This document shows positions 30,050 to 39,700 of a DNA stretch of 64,000 nucleotides, one piece after another (position 1 is the first letter of the stretch; each line of letters starts with the position of its first letter). The notes beneath the pieces are model-generated. The model searched no databases and had not been told where the DNA came from. It was given only the letters and a program-made list of their open reading frames with translations. Origin of the DNA: Alphaproteobacteria bacterium (GTDB taxonomy: Bacteria; Pseudomonadota; Alphaproteobacteria; Bin95); assembly GCA_964291285.2 (NCBI GenBank), contig OZ219787.1:2112001-2176000 (forward strand), read 5' to 3'. The translations under genes were made by a program, and so were the position numbers.

Positions 30050-30469
30050 TCACCCGCAGCCGCCGACCGTCACGGCGACCTGCCGGCTGGCCCTGCGGAA
30101 CGTGCCGTCCGCCATCTCTGCCACGGCGATCACGTTCTGACTCCTGGCGAGCCGGATGCGGATCGTGGCCTCGGGCGGCGTCAGCCTCCCGAAGGAAAAC
30201 ACCGCCACGCCGGGATTCGGGTTCGCGTCGGCGAAAAGCGCAATGCGCCGCGCGCCCTCCGCGGCGACCCGCACCGGCACCGCGCCGCCATTGTCGGCGA
30301 TCTCGGGAACGTCCAGCGACACGCCGGCTTCCAGCGCCCTGGCGCCCTTCGTGAAGGCCGCAATGGCCCCGGCGACGCCGTTCGTATCCGCCGCCGCGCC
30401 GGCGGGAAGCATCGCCGCAGCGGCGGCAAGGCCGCCCAGCCTCATCACATCCCTGCGCGTCGGAGCCAT
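30050..30469 (-). CDS. soxY: Thiosulfate oxidation carrier protein SoxY
   Basis: Tat motif RRD; 'PEIADNG..VPV', 'NPNP', C-terminal VTVGGCG. Confidence 0.9.
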   Translation of the reverse strand: MAPTRRDVMRLGGLAAAAAMLPAGAAADTNGVAGAIAAFTKGARALEAGVSLDVPEIADNGGAVPVRVAAEGARRIALFADANPNPGVAVFSFGRLTPPEATIRIRLARSQNVIAVAEMADGTFRRASRQVAVTVGGCG

Positions 30470-30529
30470 GCCCACGCCTTTCCGTGTTCGCCGGACAGCT
30501 GTCGATATGGTGTCCCGCCGCCGGTCTCG

Positions 30530-31393
30530 TCAAGCCGCCTCGACGCGCTCCCGGCCGGCGATGGTGGTGCGGTGCATGATGCGGCGGTGGGCGGGGTTGT
30601 AGGGCATGACCCGGTGGACCGTGCAGCGGTTGTCCCAGAGCAGCACGTCGTGCGGCCGCCAGCGGTGGCGGTAGATGAAGCGCTCATCGTCGATGAACGC
30701 CTCCAGCCGCGCGACCAGCGCCGCCGCGCCTTGCGGGTCCATGCCTTCCACGGCGTCGTTGTAGATCGGGCTGATATAGAGCGAGGCCTCGCCCGTCTCC
30801 GGGTGGCGGCGGACGAGGGGCTGCCAGACCGGCGGCATGCGCGCGCGCTCCTCGTCGGTCAGCGGCTTGAGCGGCTTCAGCCGGTGCAGGTTCTCGAAAT
30901 CGTGCCGCGCACGCCGGCCTTCGACCTCACGGCGCAGCTCCTCCGGGAGCGCGCGCAGCACGGCGGCCATGTTCGCGAACATGGTCTCGCCGCCCTCTTC
31001 CGTCACCTCGACCCCGTGCAACAGCGAGCCGACCGACGGCTTCTCGCGGTAGCTGCTGTCCGTATGCCAGCGCCGGGCGAGCGAAATCTGGTGCTGCACC
31101 GGGTCGTCCGGCGTCATCAGGTTGCCGTCCTCATCGACATTGGAGACGCGGAAGATCTCCGGCAGGCGCTTCGAGCGGATGATGTCCTGGTGGAACACTT
31201 CGAGCTCGCCGAAGCGCCGGCCGAAGGCGAGCAGCGCCTCGTCCGGGACGGGCTGGCCGGGAAACACCAGCACCTTGTGGCGCATCCAGGCGGCGTGGAT
31301 GTCCCCGAACAGGCCGTCGGTCAGCGGCCTGCCCATGTCGAAGCCGGTGACTTCCGCGCCGATCTCCGGCGCAAGCGGGCGTATCTCAAGCAT
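30530..31393 (-). CDS. TauD/TfdA family Fe(II)/2-oxoglutarate dioxygenase
   Basis: WHTD, GGET.F, 'WDNRCTVHR'. Confidence 0.93.
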   Translation of the reverse strand: MLEIRPLAPEIGAEVTGFDMGRPLTDGLFGDIHAAWMRHKVLVFPGQPVPDEALLAFGRRFGELEVFHQDIIRSKRLPEIFRVSNVDEDGNLMTPDDPVQHQISLARRWHTDSSYREKPSVGSLLHGVEVTEEGGETMFANMAAVLRALPEELRREVEGRRARHDFENLHRLKPLKPLTDEERARMPPVWQPLVRRHPETGEASLYISPIYNDAVEGMDPQGAAALVARLEAFIDDERFIYRHRWRPHDVLLWDNRCTVHRVMPYNPAHRRIMHRTTIAGRERVEAA

Positions 31394-31414
31394 CGGGCGC
31401 CTCCCTGTCCGTCG

Positions 31415-32581
31415 CTATCCGTGCGCGCGCAGCATCCGGCGCGCGATGACCATGCGGTGGACCTCGCTCGGCCCCTCGTAAACGCGCATGAGCCGCACTT
31501 TCTGGGCCATCAGCTGGAGCGGCAACTCCCTGGTAACGCCCATCGCGCCGAAGGCCTGCTGGGCGCGGTCCACGATCTCGGTCGCCATCTCGGTGGCATA
31601 GACCTTGATCATCGAGGCCTCGGTGCGCACGTCCTCGCCCCGGTCCTGCTTAACGGCCGCATCCATCACCATCAGCGAGCAGGCATGGACCCTGGTCGCG
31701 CCGTCGGCGATCCACCACTGGATCGCCTGCCGGTCGGCGAGGCGCTCGCCGAAGGTCACCCGCTGGCTGGCATGTTCGCAGAGCATCTTGAGCGCGCGCC
31801 GCGCCATGCCCACGCACCATGCGCCCATCTGGAGCCGGCGCACGGTCAGCCGAAGCTGCATCGGGCCGAAGCCGTTGCCGACCTGCCCCAGCACCTGGCG
31901 CTCGTGGACGCGGCAGTTCTCGAACACGACCTCATAGGTGCGCGCGCCGCCGAGCATGGGGATTTCGCGCTCGACGATGAAGCCGGGCGTGTCCTTCTCG
32001 ACGATGAAGGCGGTGATGCCGCCGCGCGCGCGCTTCTCCGGGTCGGTCAGCGCCATGACGATGGTGAAGTCGGCATAGGGCACGCGGCTGATCCAGATCT
32101 TGCGCCCGTCGATCACCCAGTGGTCGCCGTCCTTGACCGCGCGGGTGGTCATGCCCGCCGGGTCGCCGCCTGCGCCCGGCTCGGAGATCGCGATGGCGGA
32201 ATGCGCCTCGCCGCTCGCATAGGGCTCCATGTAGAGCTTCTTCTGGCGCTCGTCGGCGACGGCCAGCAGCATGTGGAGGTTGGGCGAGTCAGGCGGGAAG
32301 ACGAAGGGCGTGATCGTGCGGCCGAGCTCCTCGTTGACACCGACCAGCGCCACGGCCGGCAGGTTCATGCCGCCGACCTCCTCCGGCGCGTCGAGCGCCC
32401 AGAGGCCGAGCTCCCGGCACTTGTCGAGCAGCGGCGCCAGCTCCTCCTCGGTCAGCCGGATTTCCCCGCCCGCCGCCTCGCGCGCCATGACGGCCTTCTC
32501 CAGCGGCATCAGCTCGTTGTCCACGAACTTCGCCACCAGGTCGCGCAGCATCACATGTTCTTCGACCAGATCGAACGGCAT
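31415..32581 (-). CDS. Acyl-CoA dehydrogenase family protein
   Basis: 'ISEPGAGGD', 'GRKIWIS', 'RVYEGPSEVHR'. Confidence 0.93.
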   Translation of the reverse strand: MPFDLVEEHVMLRDLVAKFVDNELMPLEKAVMAREAAGGEIRLTEEELAPLLDKCRELGLWALDAPEEVGGMNLPAVALVGVNEELGRTITPFVFPPDSPNLHMLLAVADERQKKLYMEPYASGEAHSAIAISEPGAGGDPAGMTTRAVKDGDHWVIDGRKIWISRVPYADFTIVMALTDPEKRARGGITAFIVEKDTPGFIVEREIPMLGGARTYEVVFENCRVHERQVLGQVGNGFGPMQLRLTVRRLQMGAWCVGMARRALKMLCEHASQRVTFGERLADRQAIQWWIADGATRVHACSLMVMDAAVKQDRGEDVRTEASMIKVYATEMATEIVDRAQQAFGAMGVTRELPLQLMAQKVRLMRVYEGPSEVHRMVIARRMLRAHG

Positions 32582-32749
32582 CGCCTCAAGCCTCCCGGTT
32601 CGCCGGGAGCCTAGCCGCTTCGCCGCGCCGCGCAAACCGGGCAGGTGGACGGCCCCGCGAGCATACACGGAATTCGGGAGTGACTGCCGGATCGCGCGGC
32701 GCTACATTCCGGATTCGACGGACAATGATTCCGAATTGGACGGCAAGCT

Positions 32750-34009
32750 GTGCCAAACTGGACGACCCCCGCCGGAACCTTTGTAGCGCGGCATCCCGAG
32801 GCGCGCGTTCGCCTGGCGCTGACGGACACCCGTATCGTCGCCATCGTGGGGCCGCGCCAGTCCGGCAAGACGACGCTTGCCCGGCGCATCGCCGATGACG
32901 AGGGCCGCGCCTTCATCTCCCTGGACGACGACCAGTCCAGGCGGTTCGCTCAAGACGATCCTGCTGGCTTCGTCCGGGGCTTGGGAAACGTTGCGATCGA
33001 TGAAATCCAGCGCGCTCCGAACCTGATCCTGGCGCTCAAAAAGGAAGTCGACGAGCACCCCGATCCTGGACGCTATCTGATCACGGGTTCGGTCGATCTG
33101 TTCAGGGGCGCGATTTCCCCGGATTCCCTGGCCGGGCGCGTCGAGACCGTCGAACTCCTGCCGTTCTCACAGGCCGAGATCGCCGGCGCCGCTCCGCCGC
33201 GTTTCCTCGACCGGGCCTTCGCTGGAGAGTTTCCGGCTGTCGAGGAGACAGGCCCGACGGCCGATCTGATCGAACGGGCCGTTACCGGCGGCTATCCGGC
33301 GGCGCTTGCCCGTGCCGCCGCACCCCGGCGGCGTTCCTGGCTGCGCGCCTATGCACAAGCGCTTGCCGAACGCGATGTCCCCGATATCGCGCCTGTCGGG
33401 AAACGGGACGAAATGACCCGTCTCATCGACCACGCGGCCGTATCGGCAGGCCAGTTGCTCAACATGTCCGGCCTTGGCGCGCGCCTCGGCGTCGACGGCA
33501 AGACCGTGGATCGCTGGCTGGTGCTGCTGGAGCACATGTTCCTGATCCGCCGCGTTCGCGCCTGGCACAGCAGCCGGCTGAAGCGGTTGGTCAGGGCGCC
33601 GAAGCTCCAGTTTCTGGACTCCGGCCTGCTTGCGGCGCTGCTGCGGACGGAAGCCGCGGACATCGTGCAGGACCGCCAGAAGCTGGGACCGCTGCTCGAG
33701 AGTTTCGTGCATGGAGAGATCGCCAAGGCCATCGCCCTCTCGGACGAAGCGACGACCGTCACTCACTATCGCGACAAGGACGGCATGGAGGTCGATCTGG
33801 TTCTGGAGCGTTCGCCGGGCGCCGTTGTGGGAATCGAAGTCAAGGCGAGAGCAACAGCGCATCCCCGGGATTTCAGGGGACTGCAACGCCTGAAGGAGAC
33901 GACAGGCGACAGGTTCGCCTGCGGGATCGTCCTGCACGACGGCGAGCGCATTCAGCGAACGGGCCCCGGGCTGTTTGCGATGCCCGTCAGGATGCTCTGG
34001 GAAGCCTGA
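32750..34009 (+). CDS. AAA_14 ATPase with C-terminal DUF4143-type PD-(D/E)xK-like domain
   Basis: GPRQSGKT, IDEIQ, ITGS, SLAGR, GGYP, DSGL, 'EVDLV...GIEVK'. Confidence 0.9.
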   Translation: MPNWTTPAGTFVARHPEARVRLALTDTRIVAIVGPRQSGKTTLARRIADDEGRAFISLDDDQSRRFAQDDPAGFVRGLGNVAIDEIQRAPNLILALKKEVDEHPDPGRYLITGSVDLFRGAISPDSLAGRVETVELLPFSQAEIAGAAPPRFLDRAFAGEFPAVEETGPTADLIERAVTGGYPAALARAAAPRRRSWLRAYAQALAERDVPDIAPVGKRDEMTRLIDHAAVSAGQLLNMSGLGARLGVDGKTVDRWLVLLEHMFLIRRVRAWHSSRLKRLVRAPKLQFLDSGLLAALLRTEAADIVQDRQKLGPLLESFVHGEIAKAIALSDEATTVTHYRDKDGMEVDLVLERSPGAVVGIEVKARATAHPRDFRGLQRLKETTGDRFACGIVLHDGERIQRTGPGLFAMPVRMLWEA

Positions 34010-34047
34010 GGGAAGGACGGTCCCGTTCCAACGCCCGCCGGCCCCCG

Positions 34048-35046
34048 TCACCCGTAGAGCACGGCGCAGCGGACTTCGATGCTCCAGCGGTCGGGGGCGT
34101 CGGGCGGGGTTGCGGGGTCCTCGAAGGCGCTGTGGAAGCTGAAGGTGCAGGGCCCGTCCGCACCCTCGGCATCGGCCCTGGCACCTTTGGAGCGCGCCAG
34201 TTCGCCCTCGGAGTCCCACTGCTTGATGAGCAGCGCCTCGTCGCGGGTCATGGCGGACCAGTAGATCCAGCGGTGACGCGGGTCGTGCTTGGCGAAATAG
34301 TTCTCGCCTATCCGGTCGCCGTAATGGATTTCGAACACGACCAGCTCCTCCGGGCGCACGCTCGCGGCGTCGCAGAGCGCCAGCGGCCGGGTCGCTACCG
34401 GCTCGCGGGCGATGTTGCGCCAGACATTGATGATCGCGAAGCGCCCGCTCTCCACCGCCTCTTCCACCGCCTGCCCGTCCAGCAGAGTCGCGCCCTCGGG
34501 CAGCGCCGTGCGGTAGGTGTCGTTCAGGGTCGGCGGGCGGGCGAGGTCGCGGAGACGCTGCGGCGCGCTGGTCAGCGTGTAGTCGCCATGCACCAGATGG
34601 GCCGGCCCCTGCACCTGCTGGCCGCCGGCGATGCGCTGCTGGCCGGACTTGCCGGTTGCGGAGCGGACATTGTGGTCGAAGGCGGCGACGGTCGCCGCCC
34701 CCGTCGCCGCCTGCACGATCCCGGCGCATTCCGGATAATAGGCGCGCACCACGGCCTCATGATCGAGAAAGTCGAGACCGGGGTCGGCCATCGGGCGCCG
34801 GAGCAACTCGAACCCGTTGGCGGCAAGCGTCGGCTGCGCCCCCGGTGCAAGGCCGCGCGCGTCGAGGATCGGCATTTCCTGCTCTTCCAGATCGACGCCC
34901 AGCCGGCCGCTGTCGCTGCCGTCGAGGTCGCGCCGGGTCAGGACCCTGCCGTTGCGGTAGAGAGAGGATTCCGCCGACGGCTGCATGTAGTGGAACACGC
35001 CGAGGCGCACAGTCTCCGGGGCCGCTTCTCTCGCTGCTTCGGTCAT
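34048..35046 (-). CDS. CmcJ/NvfI-like oxidoreductase
   Basis: 'FDHNVR', 'VHGDYT', 'INVWR', 'PLALCD', 'HSAF', 'SIEVR'. Confidence 0.85.
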   Translation of the reverse strand: MTEAAREAAPETVRLGVFHYMQPSAESSLYRNGRVLTRRDLDGSDSGRLGVDLEEQEMPILDARGLAPGAQPTLAANGFELLRRPMADPGLDFLDHEAVVRAYYPECAGIVQAATGAATVAAFDHNVRSATGKSGQQRIAGGQQVQGPAHLVHGDYTLTSAPQRLRDLARPPTLNDTYRTALPEGATLLDGQAVEEAVESGRFAIINVWRNIAREPVATRPLALCDAASVRPEELVVFEIHYGDRIGENYFAKHDPRHRWIYWSAMTRDEALLIKQWDSEGELARSKGARADAEGADGPCTFSFHSAFEDPATPPDAPDRWSIEVRCAVLYG

Positions 35047-35223
35047 TGCCGGTCTTCCGCTTCCTGACTGTCCATGAGGGCCGGGCGGCAACCCCGCCCG
35101 CCCTGTCGATACATAGCCCCTATCCGGCGAAAATCCTATCGTGGTCCGGACCGCCGGCCCGATGGCGGATTCGAGGCGAAAAACCGGCTTGTTCGAAATC
35201 TTTGAAATATTTCCCTTTTACAT

Positions 35224-35296
35224 CTTGACAAATCAAAAATCTAACCCAATATGGGGCGGAAGGAAGGAAGCGGCATTCGCGGGGCCGCTTCCTTCC
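35224..35296 (+). promoter_or_regulatory. Sigma70-like promoter followed by a 13-bp stem-loop
   Basis: CTTGAC-N17-CAATAT (35224-35252); GGAAGGAAGCGGC/GCCGCTTCCTTCC stem at 35262-35296. Confidence 0.55.
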
Positions 35297-35579
35297 CGTT
35301 TCGCGTTGGCGCCGGCGCGAAAAAAACCCCGAGAAACGGACGGGAGACGTGCGTCCTGCGCCTGCCCCGCGCGCGCGGGCAATCAGGCGCGCGAACCGCG
35401 CCGGCGGCGACGCACGCGGGCAGGCGGGCGCGATACGCGCGAAACAGGGTCCCGCCGCGCCGGGCGGGCCGGCGGCAGGGAGAACGGAACGGAACGCGAT
35501 GGAGGAACGGCATGCGGGATACGGACAGGCGGCGACCGGGCGGACAGGATGGCCTCCCATCCCGGCCCGCGCCGGCGTC

Positions 35580-35715
35580 CCTCATCCTGAGTAGCGCCGG
35601 CCTTCGCCCTGCGAAGGCCGGCGCGTATCGAAGGACGGCTGCCAGCAGTTCGGGGCGGTCCTTCGATACGCGCCGCTCCCGGCTGGCGCCGGAAGCGGCG
35701 CTACTCAGGATGAGG
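35580..35715. repeat. Palindromic REP/RPE-like miniature element
   Basis: 19-bp terminal IR CCTCATCCTGAGTAGCGCC plus inner IR GGCGCGTATCGAAGGAC / GTCCTTCGATACGCGCC. Confidence 0.85.
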
Positions 35716-35760
35716 ATGAGGCAGGCAGGGGCCAAGGTGACGAGGAGGAGTGGAGCGGAC

Positions 35761-35819
35761 CATGACAAAACATGACATTCCACCCCCGGAACATGACAAA
35801 ACATGACCTTTCATGACAC
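35761..35819 (+). repeat. Five CATGAC direct repeats, mostly at 10-bp spacing
   Basis: catgacaaaacatgacattc...acatgacaaaacatgacctttcatgacac. Confidence 0.85.
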
Positions 35820-35829
35820 TCCCGGCGTC

Positions 35830-36924
35830 TCAGCCGGCCGCCGGCGTCTCCTTGAGCCAGGCGAGCACGGCGGCGCATTCCTCGGTCGGGAAGGCGTGGG
35901 CGAGGTCCGGGAGCTCGCGGTATGTGACGACTGCGCCCCGGGCCGAGAAGGCGTCGCGGGCGGCGCGCGCGATGGCGACCGGGAACATCCAGTCGAGCGC
36001 GCCGTGCGCCAGGTAGATGGGCAGCCCCTGCAACCGCTCCGCGCCGATGAACTCCAGCAGCATGGGATGGAAGGTGCCGGCGAAGGGGGCCAGATGCGTC
36101 CAGGGGCCGTCCGACGGCAGGGCCGAGACATAGCTGAAGGTGGCGCCGTCGCTCATGCCGGTCAGCAGCAGCCGCGCCGGGTCGACCGCATGCCGCTCGC
36201 GGATTTCCGCAACGATCTCCAGCAGGCGCGGCGTGTCGCGGTCGTCGCCCATGAGCGCCCAGGTCCGGTCCGTCGAAGTCGGCGCGGCGAGGATCGCGCC
36301 GGCCGTGCGCGCGGCGCGGAGCCAGCTCCACAGGAACAGCCGCCCGTGGCCGCCGCCGCCGTGCAGCGCCACCACGAGCGGCGCGGGCGTTTCCGGGTCG
36401 AGGTCCTCCGGCACGAACAGCGACCAGCCGCCGCGCTCGCCGCGGCCGTTGCCGAAATGCGTGACGCCCGCTTCCGGCCGGGAGGGCCGGGCAAGGCGCT
36501 CCAGGCGCTCCTCGTCGCCGCGCGCCGAAGGCTCCAGGAAGAACTTGCTGACCGGCGGCAGCATGGGCGCAAGCGGATAGAGATATTCCAGCGCCGGGGC
36601 GCGGGCGCGCGTGCCGCGCAGCGCCTCCTGCATGTCTCCCGTTCCGCCGGCCAACTCCATGCGCGCAAGCGCGTCGAGCGCGGTGTCGGCACTGCCGGAA
36701 AGCGCCTGCCGGGGACCGTTAAGCCGATCCGGCCAGGCGGCTTCCTCCAGCGCCGGGCGGGCATTGCGGAGAGCGCCGTCGAGCGGGGAGAGGATGGACC
36801 ACAACCGCTCCAGCCCCTCCGGATGGAGGTTGCGGGCGGCGAATTCGAGGCCATCCAGCGCATTCAGGAGTGGCGGCAGGATGCCGGTTATCGCATCGAC
36901 AAGGCGGTCGTTCTCGTCTGTCAT
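35830..36924 (-). CDS. Phospholipase/carboxylesterase (alpha/beta hydrolase)
   Basis: 'LHGGGG', GMSDG nucleophile elbow, 'HGALDWMF', 'LAH'. Confidence 0.88.
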   Translation of the reverse strand: MTDENDRLVDAITGILPPLLNALDGLEFAARNLHPEGLERLWSILSPLDGALRNARPALEEAAWPDRLNGPRQALSGSADTALDALARMELAGGTGDMQEALRGTRARAPALEYLYPLAPMLPPVSKFFLEPSARGDEERLERLARPSRPEAGVTHFGNGRGERGGWSLFVPEDLDPETPAPLVVALHGGGGHGRLFLWSWLRAARTAGAILAAPTSTDRTWALMGDDRDTPRLLEIVAEIRERHAVDPARLLLTGMSDGATFSYVSALPSDGPWTHLAPFAGTFHPMLLEFIGAERLQGLPIYLAHGALDWMFPVAIARAARDAFSARGAVVTYRELPDLAHAFPTEECAAVLAWLKETPAAG

Positions 36925-36989
36925 GGACACGCAAGGTAGCATGGCGCCGACCGGGGCCGCGCCGGGCCGGAGAGAAACCGATTTCCGAC

Positions 36990-38258
36990 ATGCAGGTTGA
37001 GCGCTCCTCCCCGCCGCGCGGCGTGTTCGCGCCCTTCGCCGTGCGCAGCTTCCGGTTCCAGTGGCCCGGCGACCTTGCGACTTCGCTCGCCTTCGAGATG
37101 GAGACGCTGATCCTCAACTGGTTCGTGCTCGTCGCGACCGACTCGGTGATCCTCCAGACTTCCTTCGCCGCGCTCCAGTTCCTCGGCACCTTGCTGGCCC
37201 CGGCGATGGGCTCGCTGGCCGACCGGCTCGGCCGGCGCACCATGATCGCGGCGATGCGCGGCTTCTACCTCGTGCTCGCGGGCTGCCTCGCCGGGCTCGG
37301 GCTCGCGGACAGGCTCGACCCGGCCTCGGTGTTCGCCATCGCCGCGCTCGCCGGGCTGGTCCGCCCGTCCGACCTGGTGATGCGCAACGCGCTGGTCGGC
37401 GACACGATGGCCGACCGGCTGCTCGTGAACGCCATAGGGTTCTCGCGCATGGCGCAGGACCTGGCGCGCATCGGCGGCGCGCTGATCGGGGCAACGCTGT
37501 TCGAGTCGCTCGGCATCGGCCCTGCCTACCTTGTCGTCAGCGCCTTCTACCTTGCGGCCTTCGCGCTCAGCTTCGGCGTTGGCGGGCGGCGCGCGCGTCC
37601 GGGCGGCAGGGGCCCGTCCATGCTGGCGGAACTCAGGGTCGGCTTCCGGCATATCCGGCGCACGCCCGCGCTGATGGCGGCCATGTGGCTGGCCTTCCTC
37701 GTCAACTTCTGCGGCTTCCCCGTCTCCAGCGGGCTGATGCCCTATGCCGCGCGGGAGGTTTACGGGCTGGACGCCGCCGGCCTCTCGCACCTTCTCGCCA
37801 GCTATGCCGCCGGCGCGGGCGTCGGCTCCTTTGCGATGGCCGTGGGCGGCGGCCCGCGCCGGTCTCCGGTCGGCGCGGTGTTCGAGGGCGTCGCGCTCTG
37901 GTACCTGCTGCTCGCGGTCTTTTCGCAGATGAGCGTGAAATGGGCCGGCATGGCGGTGATGGCCACTGTGGGGATCGTTCAGGGCATGGCGATGATCGGT
38001 CTCACCGCGTTCCTGCTCCGCCGCAGCAATCCGCGGCTCCGGGGCATGGTGATGGGGGTGCGCATGCTCGCGGTTTACGGCATGGCCGTCGGGATCCCGC
38101 TCGGCGGCGTCCTGATCGAGACCGTCGGCTACCGGGCGACGGTGATGAGCTATGCGCTTGCGGGCCTCGCCGGCACGGCGCTGATCGCATTCCGCTGGCG
38201 CCGCGCCCTGTTCGGGGCGGAGGCGGCTGGACGGCGTTCGCGAATGGCGGCAGGCTGA
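36990..38258 (+). CDS. MFS transporter
   Basis: About 12 TMs, 'GSLADRLGRR', 'LRGMVMG'. Confidence 0.9.
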   Translation: MQVERSSPPRGVFAPFAVRSFRFQWPGDLATSLAFEMETLILNWFVLVATDSVILQTSFAALQFLGTLLAPAMGSLADRLGRRTMIAAMRGFYLVLAGCLAGLGLADRLDPASVFAIAALAGLVRPSDLVMRNALVGDTMADRLLVNAIGFSRMAQDLARIGGALIGATLFESLGIGPAYLVVSAFYLAAFALSFGVGGRRARPGGRGPSMLAELRVGFRHIRRTPALMAAMWLAFLVNFCGFPVSSGLMPYAAREVYGLDAAGLSHLLASYAAGAGVGSFAMAVGGGPRRSPVGAVFEGVALWYLLLAVFSQMSVKWAGMAVMATVGIVQGMAMIGLTAFLLRRSNPRLRGMVMGVRMLAVYGMAVGIPLGGVLIETVGYRATVMSYALAGLAGTALIAFRWRRALFGAEAAGRRSRMAAG

Positions 38259-38290
38259 AAGACGGAAACCGGAGCCGGAAACCGAGAGAG

Positions 38291-39649
38291 ATGAGCCGCA
38301 AACCCGACCGCCAGATCGCCCTGGTCGCCTTTCTCCAGGCGCAGAATTGCTCGACCCTGCCCGCCGCCTGGCGCCACCCGGACGCGCGGCTGGACTTCAT
38401 GTCGGCCGACTATTACCGCGACCTCGCCCGCCTGCTGGAGCACGGCAAGTTCGACATCGGCTTCTTCGACGACCGGCTCGCCATGCCGGACATGTTCGGC
38501 AAGGACCACGCGCACACGGTCGAGCACGGCATACGCTGCGTGAAGATGGACCCCATCGTCACCCTGATGGCGATGGGCATGGCGACGGAACGGCTCGGCC
38601 TCGGCGCCACCTGCTCGACGACCTATTACGACCCGTTCCATGTCGCGCGCATGTTCTCGACGCTCGACCTCATGTCCAGCGGACGCGCCGCCTGGAACGT
38701 CGTCACCTCCGTCAACGAGAACGAGGCGCTCAACATGGGGCGCGACGGCGTGACCGAGCACGACCTGCGCTACGACCGGGCGGACGAGTTCATGGAGGTG
38801 GTGCACGGCCACTGGGACGCCTGGGACGATGACGCGCTGGTGCTGGACCAGGACAACAACGTCTTCGCCGACCCGGACAAGGTCCACCGGCTCGACCATG
38901 AAGGGCCGTTCTTCAAGTCCCGCGGACCGTTCACCGTGCCGCGCTCGGCGCAGGGCCATCCGGTGGTCATCCAGGCGGGCCAGTCCGGGCGCGGGCGGCG
39001 TTTCGCGGCCCGCTGGGGCGAGCTCATCTTCGTGGCCTATCCGACCCTCGAAGCGGCGAAGCCCGCCTACAAGGCGCTGAAGGACGATTGCGCCGCGCAC
39101 GGGCGGGACCCCGACGGCATGAAGATCGCAAGCCTCTTCTACCCGATGGTCGGCGAAAGCCTGATGGAAGCCGAGGACAAGCGCGCGCTCTACGACACGC
39201 TGCCGAACGAAACCGACCAGCTCTCGCTGCTCTCGGAGGCGCTCAATTACGACTTCGCCAGGAAGGGCATGGACGAGCCGTTCAGCGACGAGGAAATGGA
39301 GGGCCTGACCGGCATGCAGTCCATGCGCGACCGCGCCGTGCAGGTGACCGGCAACCCGAACCCGACGGTGCGCGACTTCATGACCGCCACGGGCCGCGGC
39401 CTGCTCAAGGACCCCTGGGTCGGCGGGCCGAAGGAGGTCGCGGACAGGATGGAGGAGTTCTTCGTCGAGCGCGGTTCGGACGGCTTCGTCATCGGCGCCA
39501 CGCACTTCCACGGCTCTTTCGAGGACCTCATCAGGCATGTGGTGCCGGAGCTGCAGAAGCGCGGCCTCTACCGGAAGGATTACACCGGCCCCACGCTCCG
39601 CGACCATCTGGGCCTCGACTACCCCCGGCCGGGGCACTGGCGGCACTGA
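38291..39649 (+). CDS. NtaA/DmoA/DszA-type FMN-dependent monooxygenase (luciferase-like)
   Basis: 'GRAAWNVVTS', 'RYDRADEF', 'QAGQSGRG', 'VVPELQKRG...TLRDHLGL'. Confidence 0.93.
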   Translation: MSRKPDRQIALVAFLQAQNCSTLPAAWRHPDARLDFMSADYYRDLARLLEHGKFDIGFFDDRLAMPDMFGKDHAHTVEHGIRCVKMDPIVTLMAMGMATERLGLGATCSTTYYDPFHVARMFSTLDLMSSGRAAWNVVTSVNENEALNMGRDGVTEHDLRYDRADEFMEVVHGHWDAWDDDALVLDQDNNVFADPDKVHRLDHEGPFFKSRGPFTVPRSAQGHPVVIQAGQSGRGRRFAARWGELIFVAYPTLEAAKPAYKALKDDCAAHGRDPDGMKIASLFYPMVGESLMEAEDKRALYDTLPNETDQLSLLSEALNYDFARKGMDEPFSDEEMEGLTGMQSMRDRAVQVTGNPNPTVRDFMTATGRGLLKDPWVGGPKEVADRMEEFFVERGSDGFVIGATHFHGSFEDLIRHVVPELQKRGLYRKDYTGPTLRDHLGLDYPRPGHWRH

Positions 39650-39700
39650 CGGCGGAGAGCCGCCGGACCGGGGGAGGCGAAGCGGGAGGCGCCGGCGGGC

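Noticed and set aside
30040-30060. SoxY TGA after GGCG as a selenocysteine codon
   Set aside because: The position is the normal SoxY C-terminus, read-through would run out of frame over soxZ, and no convincing SECIS hairpin is seen.
35120-35804. Protein-coding calls in the 35.1-35.8 kb interval
   Set aside because: Six overlapping low-complexity ORFs run across palindromic DNA; none shows coding-like composition.
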